A DNA stretch of 64,000 bases from positions 25,546,001 to 25,610,000 of the forward strand of contig CM097885.1 in assembly GCA_044892525.1 (NCBI GenBank), read 5' to 3'. Origin of the DNA: Schmidtea polychroa. Lineage: Eukaryota. The first letter of the stretch is position 1. Each line of letters begins with the position of its first letter. The position numbers were made by a program, and so were the translations under genes. This document shows, piece after piece, positions 24,840-39,971 of this stretch. Under the pieces are notes generated by a model. The model saw only the letters and a list, made by a program, of their open reading frames with translations, was not told the origin of the DNA and did no database searches.

Positions 24840-26547
24840 CTGAAGAATAAGAAGTCCTTTATTTATAATTTTAAAAGATTATCGCTATTAATGCCTTTAT
24901 GACGCGAGTTTCGTCTTACCACCGATGCATAAAATCAGGGATGTCTCACACATTCATACCAGTGACAATACTTAAACCCATTCAAGCCTCAAACATTCAA
25001 GTTAATTCACTCAAGCATTTGTAATTCAATGAAAAGAAAATGGGAATCTTCAAAATAATTTATTCACCTATAGCAACCTTGTGTCTATTTTCGGGGTTTG
25101 ACAATTACTGTTAAATACATCGCTATTGATTTTCATTATTATTTTCATCATCATTAATTTTATTTATTATTTTTTCCAATAATATTTTTATACTATGTCT
25201 TATACCTTGTAGAAATTATGTGAGTTTTAAGTTAAAAGGGTAATTCAATGCGGCTAATGTTCTCTGGCGCTGTCATCAATCAGGTTAGCTTGGTACAGAG
25301 TCCACAACTTTTTAATTTTTTATTAAAATCTAAATTTTGACTATTCAAATTTTCACCGTAATTGTCGTCATGACGACGCTTAACCGCGTGTAGACATGTA
25401 TTAGTTTGTTCAAAAAGAAGGTTGTTTTATTTACTATACTCCTACTCTGTTGGCTAATCGCAAGAAAAATCTCTCTACTTGAGGATAGCATGACATCATG
25501 TTTTAGGTATGCCTGTGGGCTAAATATATCCTATGCTGCTATGACGTAACGATAACAGCGACTTGTTCATTGTGTTTACTGGCAGACATGCCTGTGTGTC
25601 TTCTTGCATTTGCCTGCCTCATTTGATGGCACTTATTAGTAGACTCTGCAGATAGATGGGAGTAATTAGCTAGATTTACAACAAAAAAGGACTTTTATGA
25701 TTTTCTCAAGATTTGCTTAATCAGTTATCAAATGAGAAATGGATGGGACGACTAATTTTTTCATCTATGTTGACTATTATCAAATACAATTCGTCTCGTC
25801 GATTTGGTATCCGTCACTCAACGATCGGTCTATGGGTATCATTATCTGAAAACTACTCGTCGCCCTAGTGTAGCTGATGCTTAGCTAAATGAAAATCAAC
25901 AGATTATTTCCCGAAGTGTTAATGATAATTTTCCTTCAAGACTACTGCTGGGTCTTGGGTCGGGTCAGAAAAATTACTCTTTTCACAGTAGGGGTTGATA
26001 GTCCTAAATACACAAGCAACACATCATTCTACAGGACCCTTAACCAAAACCCACACGATCATACTCCGAACATTACACCCATGATTCACATCATGTTGGT
26101 GCTGTGTCAGGTCGGCGAGCTACGATGGAGCAGGTGAGCCCCTGACTTAGGACTACTCCCCCACCGCAACTCGACTTAATCATCACTCGACTGCCGATAG
26201 AAGGACTTACGTCATCATCATCATTCTAGGATCTCATGCATCATTTAAATTTGTCATCAAACTCTGCTACAACCCTCAACACACTAATTTTGTCTCATTT
26301 AGTGTTCAACAGCAAGTTTTTCCGCATTATCATCATTTTTATCCTTCCTACATTCAGCCTTACCATATCTCTGCTACATTTAATCTCCATCACTCGTTAA
26401 CCGAACCCCTAATCAACCATTCATCATACTCAGGCATTCAACATCATTTAATCTGACAAGTCACCATAAAGAAAAATGTATTGACGAATTATTACATTAA
26501 AAGTATATTGATTGGTACCACAATTTTGTAGAATAACGCGGATACAA

Positions 26548-27305
26548 TCACAGAGTGCTTGGAGAAGCTCCAGCAAAGATCTCATCGAGATCGAAAAAGT
26601 CTTTGGCGTTTTCTTCCCATGAGGAATCAACGGGCGGAACTACCCGGAAGACTGGAAGAGAACGCGAGGGGGATGCTGTTGATGGTACTGCAGCTGATGG
26701 TTGAAGCGAGGCAATTAGAGCCGCTTCCCTTTCGGCCTGGAGAGCTCTTCTCCTCTTTGTGCGCTCGGCCCTTGAAGGTTGCCGACGCTTAGTGGCTTTC
26801 TTTGTCGGTGGAAGAGTGACTGGGGTTGCAAGGTTTATCACTCTTGGTGCAGCTCGACTGGTGCCCGTGTACACAAGATCAGGAAGAGTTGATAATTTCG
26901 GGGCGACCTGACTAGTAGTATTGGTTGGACGAGTGGCGGTTGCGATGGCCTCTGCTCGAAGGTGATGGGATGGAAATAGGTTTTCCTCCTCTGAAATCGG
27001 GATGTCTACGATCCTTTTCGTAACCGACGCCTGCACGTAAACCTGGTGCAGCGCCACTGATTGTTCCTTGATTAGAGCCCTTAAGGCCCGGCTTTCCTCT
27101 ATCAGTTCGTTTCGACATTTTTCTACCCTGGTGAGTCTCGTCCTCACCTCTTTCATCTGCGCGGGGGAAAAGTATGTTCCTTCGAGATGATCAGCTTTCT
27201 TCTTGAGGAGGCCATTTTGAGTCTGGAGAGTCTGTATGAGGAGGTTTTTGTCTGCACAAGAGAAGCATGGACGTAAGAGGGTGGTCTGGGCGGAATCTTA
27301 GACAT
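26548..27305 (-). pseudogene. Orphan CxxC/coiled-coil/basic protein, copy 2 (5' frameshift)
   Basis: RPCFSCADKN...EGTYFSPAQMKEVR continues into the 202-aa ORF; aligns by eye with copy 1. Confidence 0.65.
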
Positions 27306-30300
27306 TCTAAACGAGTAAAAGATCAAATATAGATATCCGGTTTCCTCAATCAGAATACGTTCCTCAAACTCAGACAATCGATTGAAAAAATAAAAATTTA
27401 TTAATAATAATAATGACTTTCCCCCAGAATGATAGTGACAACAACAATTACAATGACAACAGAAGATAACAATGGCAATCATAACCTCAATAATTACCGT
27501 GCAATCATCACTCCATCATTATACTTATATAACACCTAATGATAATGGTCATGTTCCTCATAGTAATCAGCTAATTTCATAAATACCATGTTAGAGAAAT
27601 GTCGGAGTTCTATCTTGCTCAACGAAATTTTGAAAGTATGTTATATAGGGTCTCGTATTTATCTTCCGTGTTATACCCCTCTAAAGACTTTCGATTTAAC
27701 CTAGTACGTTTCACACCTAACACTTTGCCTAGCCTGACCCTGAGACTTTCAAATACCCTGGTTGGATCCCCGTCCTTACTAGAAGGTGACTGGATTTAAT
27801 TTAACGGTTCATTTAATTCGACTTTTATAATTCATATTTCAGTTAATTAATTAAATAAGAAAAATTTTGGAATGTACTAGCGCAGACACCTGTATTATCA
27901 TTTCATCTGAGTAATCGCACACAGCCCTTCGTTTCCCGTTAATAACCATATCAAAATTCTCATGCAGTGTTACTGATTAATCTTGTGTGTCTGAGCTACA
28001 ATCGGTTTCAAATTTTGGTGGGAATATCTGACTGGCTTATTTTTGCTGATTAACCTAGCTCTTATCTGTGAGCAAAATTTTGGTTCGTCTGTCGATTCTC
28101 ATTAGCCAACGTTATCTCGCATATGACTTCACAGAAAAATTTATTTGTTATTCCAAACTGTGGATGTGAATTCTCACCGTGTTGTTTAAGAGAGTTACTG
28201 TCGGATAATCAATGAAATTGAAGATAGTGGTAGGACGTGACGTTAGCATCGACCTCTTGGCATCTACACCCTTACAGAAAATCATATCGACTACGACTCG
28301 CAATTTCCAACATCTCGATCTCAGATTATTAAGAAAACGACCCTGAATTTAGAAATATATATCTACCGAATTGATTAATTTCACAAGCTGGCGATGGTGG
28401 GTGAACTGAAAAGTGAAGATCCATAATCTGGTGCTAGTGCCTCTAGGAAAATGAGTCGAAGGTAAATCTAAGCTTCATGATTTATCACTAAACGATCCGA
28501 AAAAGGTTATTGGAAACGACGTACGAGGCATAACGAATCGGCCATCTCAATCATTGCAAATCAAGTTTTGCATAACACGCGCAAAGCATTTCGTTTCATC
28601 CGATTTAAATTATCCTGACTCGATCGAACCGAATTCTCTATTATCTCTCCTGTGGCATCGGATCAGTGAGGAAGCCCCCACGATGACCCGTTTCAGACCA
28701 CTGCGCCACTGATGTCACACCCGACCTGCTGACCAGAGGAACAACAAGTGCCCCTCAAGTTGTGGCCAGCTGAACCTCAGCTTCGCGGAATTCATAAATT
28801 CATAATTATATATCAAAAATAAAATCCTGAAAAGGTGCATGATAAAAGGAAATTCTTAACACATAAAATCCTGAAATTGTATTCATAATAAAATCACAAG
28901 TCTTTACTAATTCCTCATAAAAATTTATTAATTGGTAAGCAAGGAAAACATTCAAATCGAATATTAAATTTTAATACTTATACACAGTGTGTTATACATA
29001 TTACACACATAAAATTAAATTACTCAAAAGCTCTTTATGAATATAAGAACAGAATATTTACTTGTACTATGATTATCCTTTCGATAATAATTAATAACTA
29101 GATCCTCGAGTGATTTGTGGCTTTAGAGTTTTCTCCTGATAAGTTCTACGAAGTATTTAAGTCCCTGAAATGCTGTAAATGCGTTGGGTTAACACTCATC
29201 TTAAAAATTTTAGTTTACCTGTAAATGCGTTGGGTTAACACTGAAAGTTCTGTTTCAGTGCTTCCCTTATATACCTAATTTTGTTTTTATGCGGACCAAT
29301 CAGAGTCGAGTGCGGTGTAATTTTTTAATTTAATTTGTTTTCTTTGTTTTTCATAGTTTTCTTGGTGTTTCCTTACTGTTTTCCTTTGTTTTTTTATATA
29401 TTTTCTTATTTATTATTTAATGTCCATTATTTTACTATTTTTCCTGGTTTCTATATCTTAATTTTCCACTTTTCTATTTTTTTTGTTTTAATTCTCTGTG
29501 GTTAGTTTGTTATTATTTAATCCTATTGTTTATTTTTCTGTGTTTTTAACTATTTTTATTTTGTTTCCTATTTTTATTTTATTTCCTATCATTTTCCTCT
29601 TACGTTTTTCTTTTGGATTATTCTTTACTTTCTAGCCCAACACTACAGTAAGTAATTCGATCAATTATCGGGCGATATTTACATTTCTGTCAGGTTGAAT
29701 CCTTATCGCTGATAGTGGCAAATCAAAATCGATAATCAAGTCTACGAGTGTACAGATGATGGATGTAATCGCTAACGTCCTCGCCTTTAGAAGTACTGGC
29801 AGAAAAAAACAATCTCAAATCTTTATTATTCTTCGCGAAAACAAAAGAATGTCGGAATTATTCGTGTAACTCTAGACAATTTGGTGCTAGACAAATTACC
29901 TTTAGTTCGGACGCCGAGATGTATCCATTATCAAAATTTTCCATCGAGATTTTCGGCATTAAGATAGGGTATGATTCCAGTAGACATTTGCAATTCAACG
30001 TCACTAGTATCTATATGTGTATCATGATTATCGATGTAGTTTTCATATTGCGACCTACCACTAGGAAGGCATTCGCTCGTCGACTATGACAATTGATTTT
30101 CACCTAATAAACATTCGGTCGATGGAATTGTATCAATAGGATACCCGCATGACTTTGAGAGAGTTTTCGTAAATAAAAATGTGAAACGACATTTTTCACA
30201 TTTGTTTTAGCCCCCGATTTTGATTTAAATCAGAGTCAATTACCACAAAATTTACGACTGGATATAAAGTTTGCAAAGGCCATTGCAGAACCGGTACATG

Positions 30301-30521
30301 TTATAATATATGGAGTATTTGAAAATGAAGTTCAAATTACTGCAAATAGAACCGTGCTAGTATAAATGTATACATAAATACGGAAATCGATGGAGGAATT
30401 AGTGGTAAATTTATTATTTTATTATTTTTAATATGATTATTAGGTTTTAATCAATGACTTAATATGAATATTGCCGGACAAGCTGTAGACTTGAATAGAA
30501 TAAATGGTAATCGTTTACTAA

Positions 30522-30587
<66 letters not shown>
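30522..30587. repeat. (ATT)n microsatellite
   Basis: Pure trinucleotide run; similar runs at about 7939-7973, 31410-31489 and 51652-51738. Confidence 0.95.
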
Positions 30588-30588
<1 letters not shown>

Positions 30589-31409
30589 TTGCTTTTAGAT
30601 CGAAACGTAATAAATACTTCTGCTGGTTCCTCTAGTTACTGCTGTGAAATTTCTTCTTTCGAAAGGACTAAAATGTAAGTGTTTATTTTTTGTTATAAGT
30701 TTTTAAGTTTTTTAAATAATAATAATGAAAATTTGTATGAAAAGATTTATTTATGAGAAGATTATTTATGAAAAGAAGATTATGAAAAGAAGATTATAAT
30801 AATAATACTATTAATAATATTTATATTATTTCAAATCATAATTTAATTTAATGATTTTATTATTTTTATGCACTATTTAAATATACTAATTAAATTATAT
30901 GAATTTTTCTTATAAGATACTATTTAAGATACTATATCTTAAACTTTGAAAATAAAAAATGATTATTAAAATGATCTTAATATTTTTTAAACATTTTATG
31001 ATAAAAATTATTTTTTCATAGGTTCGAAATATCAAAACTTTTGCAAAAGTCAATATCATAATGACTGTGATTATATAATGGAAAGCTATTATAGTCATAA
31101 ATATAACGGTGTCATTTACATCCTACGCCCTAAATGTGAAGTAATTGAAATCATATCATATAAGGAATTTTTAATAAGCATAGGTCCCATCTCCAACAAT
31201 TTAAACCTTCTAAGAAATCCCTTTTCTTTAGCTTATACAAATCGTTTGTTAACAACACTAATAATAATAATAATAATAACACCAACAACACCAATAATAA
31301 TAATAACAATGATATAAAAGAAATAAATAATCTAAAAGACCAAGTAAATAAATTAAAGCGAATAACGAAAAAATAAATTTAATACCAATTAAAAAATCGA
31401 AAGTTATCG

Positions 31410-31491
<82 letters not shown>

Positions 31492-31494
31492 TAA

Positions 31495-34112
31495 TCAAAT
31501 AGGTTTTTGTGTCGTAGATGTCACCAGTGATTTAAATAATAATCATATAATAATTGCAATCACAGACCTAAATAGATTCCTTAATTGTAGGAATAGTTCA
31601 GTCACTCCTGTTATAATTTGGAGTCAGTGGTGTCCTAAATGTTTAAACGGTTTTAGGAGTGATGACACTTTCAATAGACATAGAGGTCTTTGTGATAAAA
31701 ATCAGCTTGGTACGACCTTGTACACATTGTCTAAAAATAAATATTTAGAATTTACTGATTGGAGTAAGACAGTCATTCCTCCGTTTGTCATTTACGCTGA
31801 CTTTGATGCTATCTTACCTAAGGACACTCGCTACTTTCAACGTCATCTGCCTATTTCTGCTGGTATGCTTTTTATTAATAATTTTACGGGCGTAAAAATT
31901 TATAAATCGTTCACCGGTTTAGATTGCGTCGTTCAATTTCTTACTGTAATTGAAATGATAGGGAAATATATTAACACATTATTATAAAAATTATCAAAAG
32001 AAAATGATTATTACAGATGAACAACAATTAATGTTTGAAAACAGCACACACTATTTTACCGGTCTATGTCTTGGTACCGCTTGTACGACTTGTTCTCTGT
32101 CGAGGCAAATTAGACATGCCCTTCCTGTCGTATTTCATAATTTAAAGTGTTATGATCTGCATGACATCTTGAAATTTGGCCTTTCAAAATATCATTCATG
32201 GAATATTGGCTGTATTCCTTTAACCAGCGAGAAATTCCTTAGTCTTTTTGCTAGGATTGACTCATTAACAATTATCAATTTGTCAGCGAGTTTTTAAATA
32301 ATGCTGTCAAAACTTTATCATCTTTACCCTTGACCAAATCAATAATCACTGCAAAGGGAACTTTTCCTTATGATGCAGCAACTTCCTTAGAGGTTTTGCA
32401 TAACACTCATCACTTACCTCCTAGTTGGAATGATGTGACTCCCGCTGAATATGAGACAGCTCAGAGAATTTGGCTTGAAACCTCATGTACTTCACTTTTT
32501 GATTACATGATGGTTTATTTAAAACTTGATGTTTTCCTTTTAGCTAATATTTTCCAGCAATTTAGAGCTAAGTCTATTGCTCATAACCTGCTAGAGCCTC
32601 TAAATTTCTTAGGGATTACATGTATGTCTTGGAATTCCGCATTATTAACTTTAAACTCTCCAAATGAGCTCCTCACCGATATGGAGATATATAACTTTTT
32701 CAAGGGCGGTATCCGTGGCGGACGAACTTTTGTAAATAAACACTATGTAAAAACAGACCCGGATACCGCATTGCTTTACATAGATATATATAATTTATAT
32801 GGTTGGGCTTTAAGTCAACCATTACCATGCAGTAACTTTGAATGGGTTACAGATGATAATTTATTAAATAATATGATTGTTGAGTGCACAACGGTAGATT
32901 TAGATCTGCTTGATTATGGTTATACCATAGAAGTGGATTTAGAAATACCGACATCAATTCACGATAAACTGGATGATCTTCCCGTTGCCGCTGAAAAGAT
33001 GTGTGTATCCGGTTCGAAATAAGAGAAGCTGCTGCTTACACACAGGCCCAAGAGGAACTACATTTTTCATTGGAGGCTTCTGCAAATTTTTATTAAATTA
33101 GGTGTTAAAATATCAAAAACACATAGAGCAATTAAATTTAAACAAGATAAAATTTTCAAAGATTATATTAACACAAATACGGCGTTACGAGCAGCGTCGA
33201 CAAATAAACTTGACAAAAACTTTTATAAATTATTAAACAACAGTCTTTACGGCAAGACTGTTGAAAATCTTAAGAAACGCATTAATTTAAGTCTGTGTAA
33301 TTCTGCACAGAAATTATTAACATTATGTTCGAAACCGACTTTTCGTAAATCCACGAAAATCGATGATGATCTGATTTCAGTTTTATTGAGGAAGGATTCA
33401 GTGTGTTTGGATAGACCTAGTTACATTGGTCAAACTGTACTAGATTTATCCAAATTCAGGATGTACTAGCTGCAGTATGAAGAGTTGCAAAAATCTCGCG
33501 ACGAATTCAACTGTGATATTAATATCGTTGCTGAGGACACTGATTCCTTCTTCTTGGAATTTAAACATTGTAGTTTTGACATTCTTTTACCTGCGATGAT
33601 TAGAGATCAATTATTAGACACTTCGAATTATGACCCAAGTCATCCTTTATATAGTAGGAACCTTAATTCTGTCATTGGTAAATTCGAAGACGAGCATTCA
33701 AGGACCAGGACTATTATATAAAGATTGGGTGTTCTTGAGACCTAAATGTTACAGTTTAATGGGTGAAGAGGAAGGTATGAAGGCTAAGGGGATTAGTATG
33801 AAAGATACCGGACTAAAACATCAGTCGTATTTAGATTGTTATTTAATCGATAAAATATACACAGTCCCTTAGTTTAGAATAACATCGAAGAATCTCCAAC
33901 TTTTTAGTATTAAAAATAATAAAAGAGCCTTGATATGTAGAGATGATAAGCGAAATTGGGTTGATAAAAATCAAAGTTTGGCATATGGCCATTATAGGGG
34001 CGGTGACACCGATATATTTATAGATTCAACAGAAGATGTCTCGGCAGATGATCCATATGATTTCCATGATCCAGCAGATGATGATTATTTTGGACATGAT
34101 TATTTTCGATGA
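31495..34112 (+). pseudogene. Decayed pPolB of a second Polinton family
   Basis: Fragments VIYADFDA, VVFHNLKCYD, KGTFPY, YLKLDVFLLA, GIRGG, YIDIYNLYG, KLLNNSLYGK, DTDSFF, LRPKCY, KAKGI and DDKR, with many stops and frameshifts. Confidence 0.9.
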
Positions 34113-34337
34113 TGTGGTTAAATTATTTAATAAATGTATTGACTTTATTGCCTTGAATATTTTTAGCAGTACCTTTGTGATCAATTTTTTTACTTGTATT
34201 TTTATACATTGTGTAATAATAATAATAATAATAATAAATAATAATAATAATAATGATAATAATGAAAATAATAATAATACTATGAGTAAATCATTATTTA
34301 GAATTTCTTTGTTAAAGTTTTGCCTTGAATATTTTTA

Positions 34338-34530
34338 GCAGTACCCTTGCGACCAGTACCCATAGGGGACAGAATATCTTGTCGGATAAACTCAGACTAT
34401 ATATAATAATAATAATGCAAAGCATGTGCAATAATTTTATTATGTCTTTGTTAATTAAGTCAACCTTAGCTTCAAAATGTGTTTTTAAAATATATTTAAA
34501 TTTTAAATACCGCAACGTAATATACTTAAT
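34338..34530 (+). repeat. Subterminal repeat shared with element C (51765-52130)
   Basis: CAGTACCCATAGGGG(G)ACAGAATAT.TTGTCGGATA.ACTC and AAATACCGCAACGTAATATA occur at both places in the same orientation. Confidence 0.85.
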
Positions 34531-36839
34531 AAAAAAAATGCGGTTATAGTGCCAATGACGCATTGCCATGTTCGCACATTTGTAATATATTTTTAATACG
34601 TTTCAAATGTGCTGGTAGTTGACTACCCTGACATGCTAGGCGTAATGTTCCGTACGGAGAACTATAATGCCCAGGTTCTTCTGACCCCAATTGGGGAGGC
34701 ACAGATGACCCTTGTGGACGCGAACAAATATCCACCGTGTCTTTCAGGCACAGATATTTGGTCACTGCTCATTAGGCCTGGCAATACTAAATGCATAAAC
34801 TTTGCCTTGTCCTCTCTTGTCTTGATTTTTATAGTTTAAATAATTATAAAAATAATATGAGGGTTTACATGTGATAAGTTTTATTTTATTTACTAACCCT
34901 AATAAGACGCATGTTTTCAATGCAATATATATATGCTTTAAGCTCATTTTTTATTTACTCAAAATTGACCTATAATTCTTTAAAATTTTACACTTACTTG
35001 TTGACGAATTTCTATAGGTTAGTTCATATCACCAATAGATAGAGATGACGATTGAATTTCTAATGATTTTAATAAATGTTTAGTTTTAATATAGGTTTCC
35101 TTAAGTATAGTATTATATATTTTAAATGTGTATATAAAATTTGGCTGAAAATGGCATTTGTTTAGGTGTTTTGATTGTGAATAAATAATGATGTCATTTT
35201 GTAGAGTTTTAAATTCTATCGTTTGAGTTGACAATTATTCACATTTACCACTCATTATTTTCAAAAATTATAAAAACTTCATTTATTATAACTAGAAATC
35301 TTAATTTTTTAAAATAGATTAAAATTAAACTTAATTAAATTATGTTTTTTTAAAATAATAATTTTTATTAAATTTAACATGTTATTTGAATTAATTATGA
35401 ATTATTTGCAGAAATTAGTAGATTTTAGTAGTGCATTAACATATTATCAATTTATAGAATATTGAGAAACATAGTTGAGAAATGAATAAACTTAAAAAAT
35501 AATATATTTATCAATAAGATTTTTTATTTTCAATAATAATTTATTTTTATGTTCATAAAACCGAGAGAAATTTTATTTAATAATATTTACTTTGACAAAC
35601 AGAAATTCGAATTGATATATATATATATTTAATACCCTGATATAAAATCTCACATACCCCAAATAAAAAACACTATAATAAAAATATGAACAGTTTTTTG
35701 TACAGTGCTAACACATATAGTTAACAAGTCATCGGTATGTTATTACTTTGTTGCAATATTTTTATAATCTTGTTACAAATTGCTTAAATATTTTACAACT
35801 TTTGAAATTTTTACAAAATATGTTATTACTTTGTTGTAATTTGATGAAAGGTTTATAATTTTGTGGTAATTTAGTGTAAATTATTTATTAAATTGCTGCC
35901 ATTCACCGAAATAATTTCCCGCTTTATTGCAACTTAATGAATACTTTATAACATTATTGTAATTTATTGAAAGATTTCGTTATGTTGTTTTGATTTATTG
36001 TAATATTTTTATTAATTTTCTATCCATTAACTGAAATAATTTATTATTTTGCAATAATTAGTGATTGAATATAGTTTAAAATATTGTAATAGAAGTTATT
36101 ATTTAATGATGTAATGAATTTAACAGTTTTGATATTACTCATATGCAATAAGGATTCAATATTAATGCATGTTTTTCATTGGTTGGTATGTGCTTAACCT
36201 CTATTACTTGTATGTATTGAATAATATTAATTTGTGCGTGTGTACGAAATAATGTTAATATTTGCGTGTTTTAATATAAGTATATGCATGTGAGTGGGTT
36301 TATTGTAATATGTATTACCATCTATTACACTAAGGTCTGTTACTTGTTGATTCTAAATAATTTCCTATCCTTACTCAATTTATTGATAAATAAAACATGT
36401 TGGGTTGTAAATATTTCAATAAAGATGAATGAATGAATGAGAAATATTTGTTTAAAAAGATGTATAAATTTCAAAACTGGTGTACTAAAAATAAAATTTC
36501 ACAATTTTGATTACATCATAGTCTCATTTAATAGAGAATTAAATTTCAAGTATATTGACATAAAAATTTCTTATAAAAAAGTTAAAGTTGATGATGTAAT
36601 TAAAATATTATATAATTGGCAATTAAAACAAAATTTAAATTACTACGTAATCAATGATCTAAACAAAAATTTTTAAAATATTACATAATCGATAGTTAAA
36701 AAATTAAAATTATTACCCAATCAATGAGTTAAACAAACTTAAATTATTACGTAATCGATATTTAAAACAAAAATTTAAATTACAAAAAAATAAAGTAGGG
36801 GAGGGGTCTTTTAAAAATTAAAAAAATAAGGGGAGGGGG

Positions 36840-39800
36840 GTATCTGGATCTGGAGTACACATAACTATCATCTCGAATAGTTTCCTGAATCTGACTCCAC
36901 AGGTTTTTCCCCATATATCTGTCTTTCATATAATCAGCTATCTTTATATCTTTCCTTTCTTGGCTTCTTCGTGAGCCATTTGACATTGAACGTACGTTTC
37001 ACATTTAGTTCTGGACACCATGTCTGCATTTTGGTGATTAACACCCTTTCTATATTCAACGATTATATCCAAACTGCTCAAATATTTGATCCATGTTTGG
37101 AATTGTGAAGTAATTGGCTTTTTGGTTGTCATCATAAACGTGATCGCTTTGTGGTCTGTCCATAGCGTGAATCTCCTTCCATAGAGATAGTGCTTAAAAT
37201 GAATACAAAAATAGTATACCACCAATAGTTCCTTCCTTGTAATGCAATATACTTTTCATGGATCGTCATCGAATGTGATCCATACGCAATTAATCTCTCC
37301 TTTCCATCTTTATCTCTTTGTGAAAGCACTGCTCCAATGATATCAAAACTGGCATCAGTATCTAAAATGAACTCCTTTCTCAGATCCAGAAAGCATAGGA
37401 TCGGTGCCGTTGTGAGTGCTAACTTCATTCCCTCGAATATGTTATTCGTTCCTTCAGTCCATTCCAGTTTTTTGTTACTCGAACCGCTACATAATTGTTC
37501 TAACATCCTTGCTTTCTTTTCATCTCACTGATGAATCTTCTATAGTAATTGTAAATGCTTAGAAAGCTTCGAAGTTTCTTTACGCAACTTGACTTCCCAA
37601 AGTTTTGTATAGCCTGAATCTTAGAAGGATCGGTTTTTACTCCTTCTTTACTGATTATGTGTCGTAAGAATCTGATTTCTTTATTATTTGACACTTGTCT
37701 GGGTTAATCTTTAGTCCTGCTTCATCGATCGCTTTTAATACTTCACTGAGTATTGTATAATGTTTTTCTTTACTATTCGAATAAATCAGAGTGTCATCGA
37801 AATACACCATTACTCAATTTATTTTGCGTATTACTTTTGTCATCATTTCCTGGAACGTAGCTGGTGCTGCAGCAATTCCATTCTATTGAAACAATATTGC
37901 CCTTTCTTTGTTGAGAAGGTTATTTTCTCTTGCGCTTCTTCGTCTAACCCCACTTGGTAATATGTATTACCAAGATCGATTGAGCTAAAATAAACGGACC
38001 ACCTAAAAAATCTAACATCTCGTCTACGTTTGGAATTGGGAATGTCTGCCTCTCTGTTATTGCATTCAGCTGTCTGAAATCCAACCATAGCCTAATATCT
38101 TTTATCTCTTTGTTCCATACGCAGATTAACGGCATGTTCCATGGGGAGTTGCATTTTCGTATGATCCCGTTTTCGTGCTTCTTCAATTTTTGTTTCCAAA
38201 TTCAATGGTTAACGATATGGTTTTATGTTTATCGGTTCACTTCTTGTAATTATCTTACGTTTTACTAAATGCGTTCGACCCACATCCCATTTATCCGCCA
38301 TAAACACGTTTCCAATGTTCGTTATTATTTTCCTCATCAATCTTTAGATGTTCCAACGCTCGCGTCAATCTTTCTCCATCCTTTATTTTTCTGCCGAATT
38401 TTGCTTCAATGTTACAAATATAGTTCTTGTCTTTTTCACTAGATTCGCTATCTTTCTTTTTTGCCAGCCTATATCCAAATGCTTCTTGTAATTCTACTCC
38501 TCCAATCACCTCTGGTGTTACTTTCTCCGCCACAATGAATCTAACTTCCTTGGAAATATCTCCGATAGTTACTTAAACCTTTGTTCTTCCAATTGTCTCT
38601 ATCGTACTTTCGTTTGCACATCGTAACTTATCGTCACTTCTCATCAATTGTTGTCCTCGTAACTTGTTCAAACAGTTCACACTCATTACGTTTATTCGTG
38701 CTCCGGTGTCTAATAAACAGTCGAAAATTTCTCCATTCATCATTACTGTTACACTAGGTCTACCCTGTAGCTTGTTATATAAATTTTCTACCTCCTGCCC
38801 CGTTTCAATTGTTCCAATTCTTTCCACTTCCTCTTCAAACTTTGCTCTCTTTAGGAACCTGTATACTTTCTCACTTACCCTTCTTACATTCTCCAACTTT
38901 TCTACCCCTTGAGGATATCCCATCCACTTTTCTGTTAGTATATGGCTCCAACCAACTCCTCTACTGGTGGAGCCTTGTTGTTTGGGTACGTCCTACTAAA
39001 ATTATCGTCATTTGTCTCTACGCACGATACCATTTCCTCTTCTTCTTTGATTCCGTTAATCCGACTGTATCTGTTTCCTGTCGGTCTTTGTTTCTCTATC
39101 GTTTTCTTGTAACTCGACTTTGTATAACATTCTTCAGATCTATGACCATTTTTGCTGCATCTTTTACACCGTATTTGTTGACATAATCTTCTTATATGAC
39201 CTTCTTTCCCACAACCAAAAAATCTTGGCAGTTTTTATCTGGACAATTCCTACTTATATGTCCGCTTCTGTGACAAGTTCAGCACTCTATCTTACTTCTT
39301 ACTGGACAGTCTATTTTCGTGTGGCCTATTTTTTGGCATAGCCAGCATTCTGGTTCTTCTCGTCGCCTGACTTCTTCTCTTTCATCTTTCTGCTTGTACT
39401 CTCCTCTTCTCTATGAATCCTGATAGACTACTCTTGCATAACTTTTCATAGCGTTGAGCTGATCTCTCTGCCTGTCCACTTTATCCATCAGAATTAATGT
39501 TTCCTTTATCTCCTCTGTGTTTTTTATCTTCCCCAATATTACTTCTTTCTCAACTTCTTTATTATTAGCACATACTATCAACATCTTTGCTGTTATTTTC
39601 TCTTTGGTGAATTCTTTATTCTCAAACAACCTGTTGACATGGTCCTCCACTTTTTTGAAATATGTTTCAATCTCTTCGCCTCTTATAATTCAATAAACTT
39701 TCCATATCCTTTATTACGTCTCTTTCGTAATCAAATGCCATTCGTAACCTGGCTTGAAATCCTTCTGCTTTTTTAACTGTCTTCGCATATTTCTCCAATA

Positions 39801-39971
39801 GATCCTCGTCGATCATGCATGCAGTCAATCTTTCCTGTTATTTTTTATTGATGCCTTTAGTATCGAAATAAATCTCGCATCTTCTAATGAATTTTTCCAA
39901 GTCATCACCTTGACAGAACACCTTTGGCAATAATCTTTCCGTAATCGCGTCGGTGTTTACCGCTGCCACCA
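36840..39971 (-). mobile_element. Decayed Ty3/Gypsy LTR retrotransposon internal region (gag-PR-RT-RNaseH, integrase truncated)
   Basis: Protease LLDTGA; RT SPWNMPL..LDFRQLN, SIDL..YYQV and YFDD; RNase H FILDTDAS and FTLWTDHKA. Multiple frameshifts. Confidence 0.9.
39959..39971 (-). other. Primer binding site of the Gypsy element (tRNA-Leu type)
   Basis: Minus strand TGGTGGCAGCGGT immediately upstream of gag, complementary to a tRNA 3' end ACCGCTGCCACCA. Confidence 0.7.

Noticed and set aside
28960..29642. Possible solo LTR with CCAAT/TATA and a 24-bp direct repeat (29173, 29219)
   Set aside because: No second copy, TSD or clear second boundary in the window.
34544..34839. GC-richer segment with short ORFs on both strands
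   Set aside because: No recognisable motif or consistent frame.
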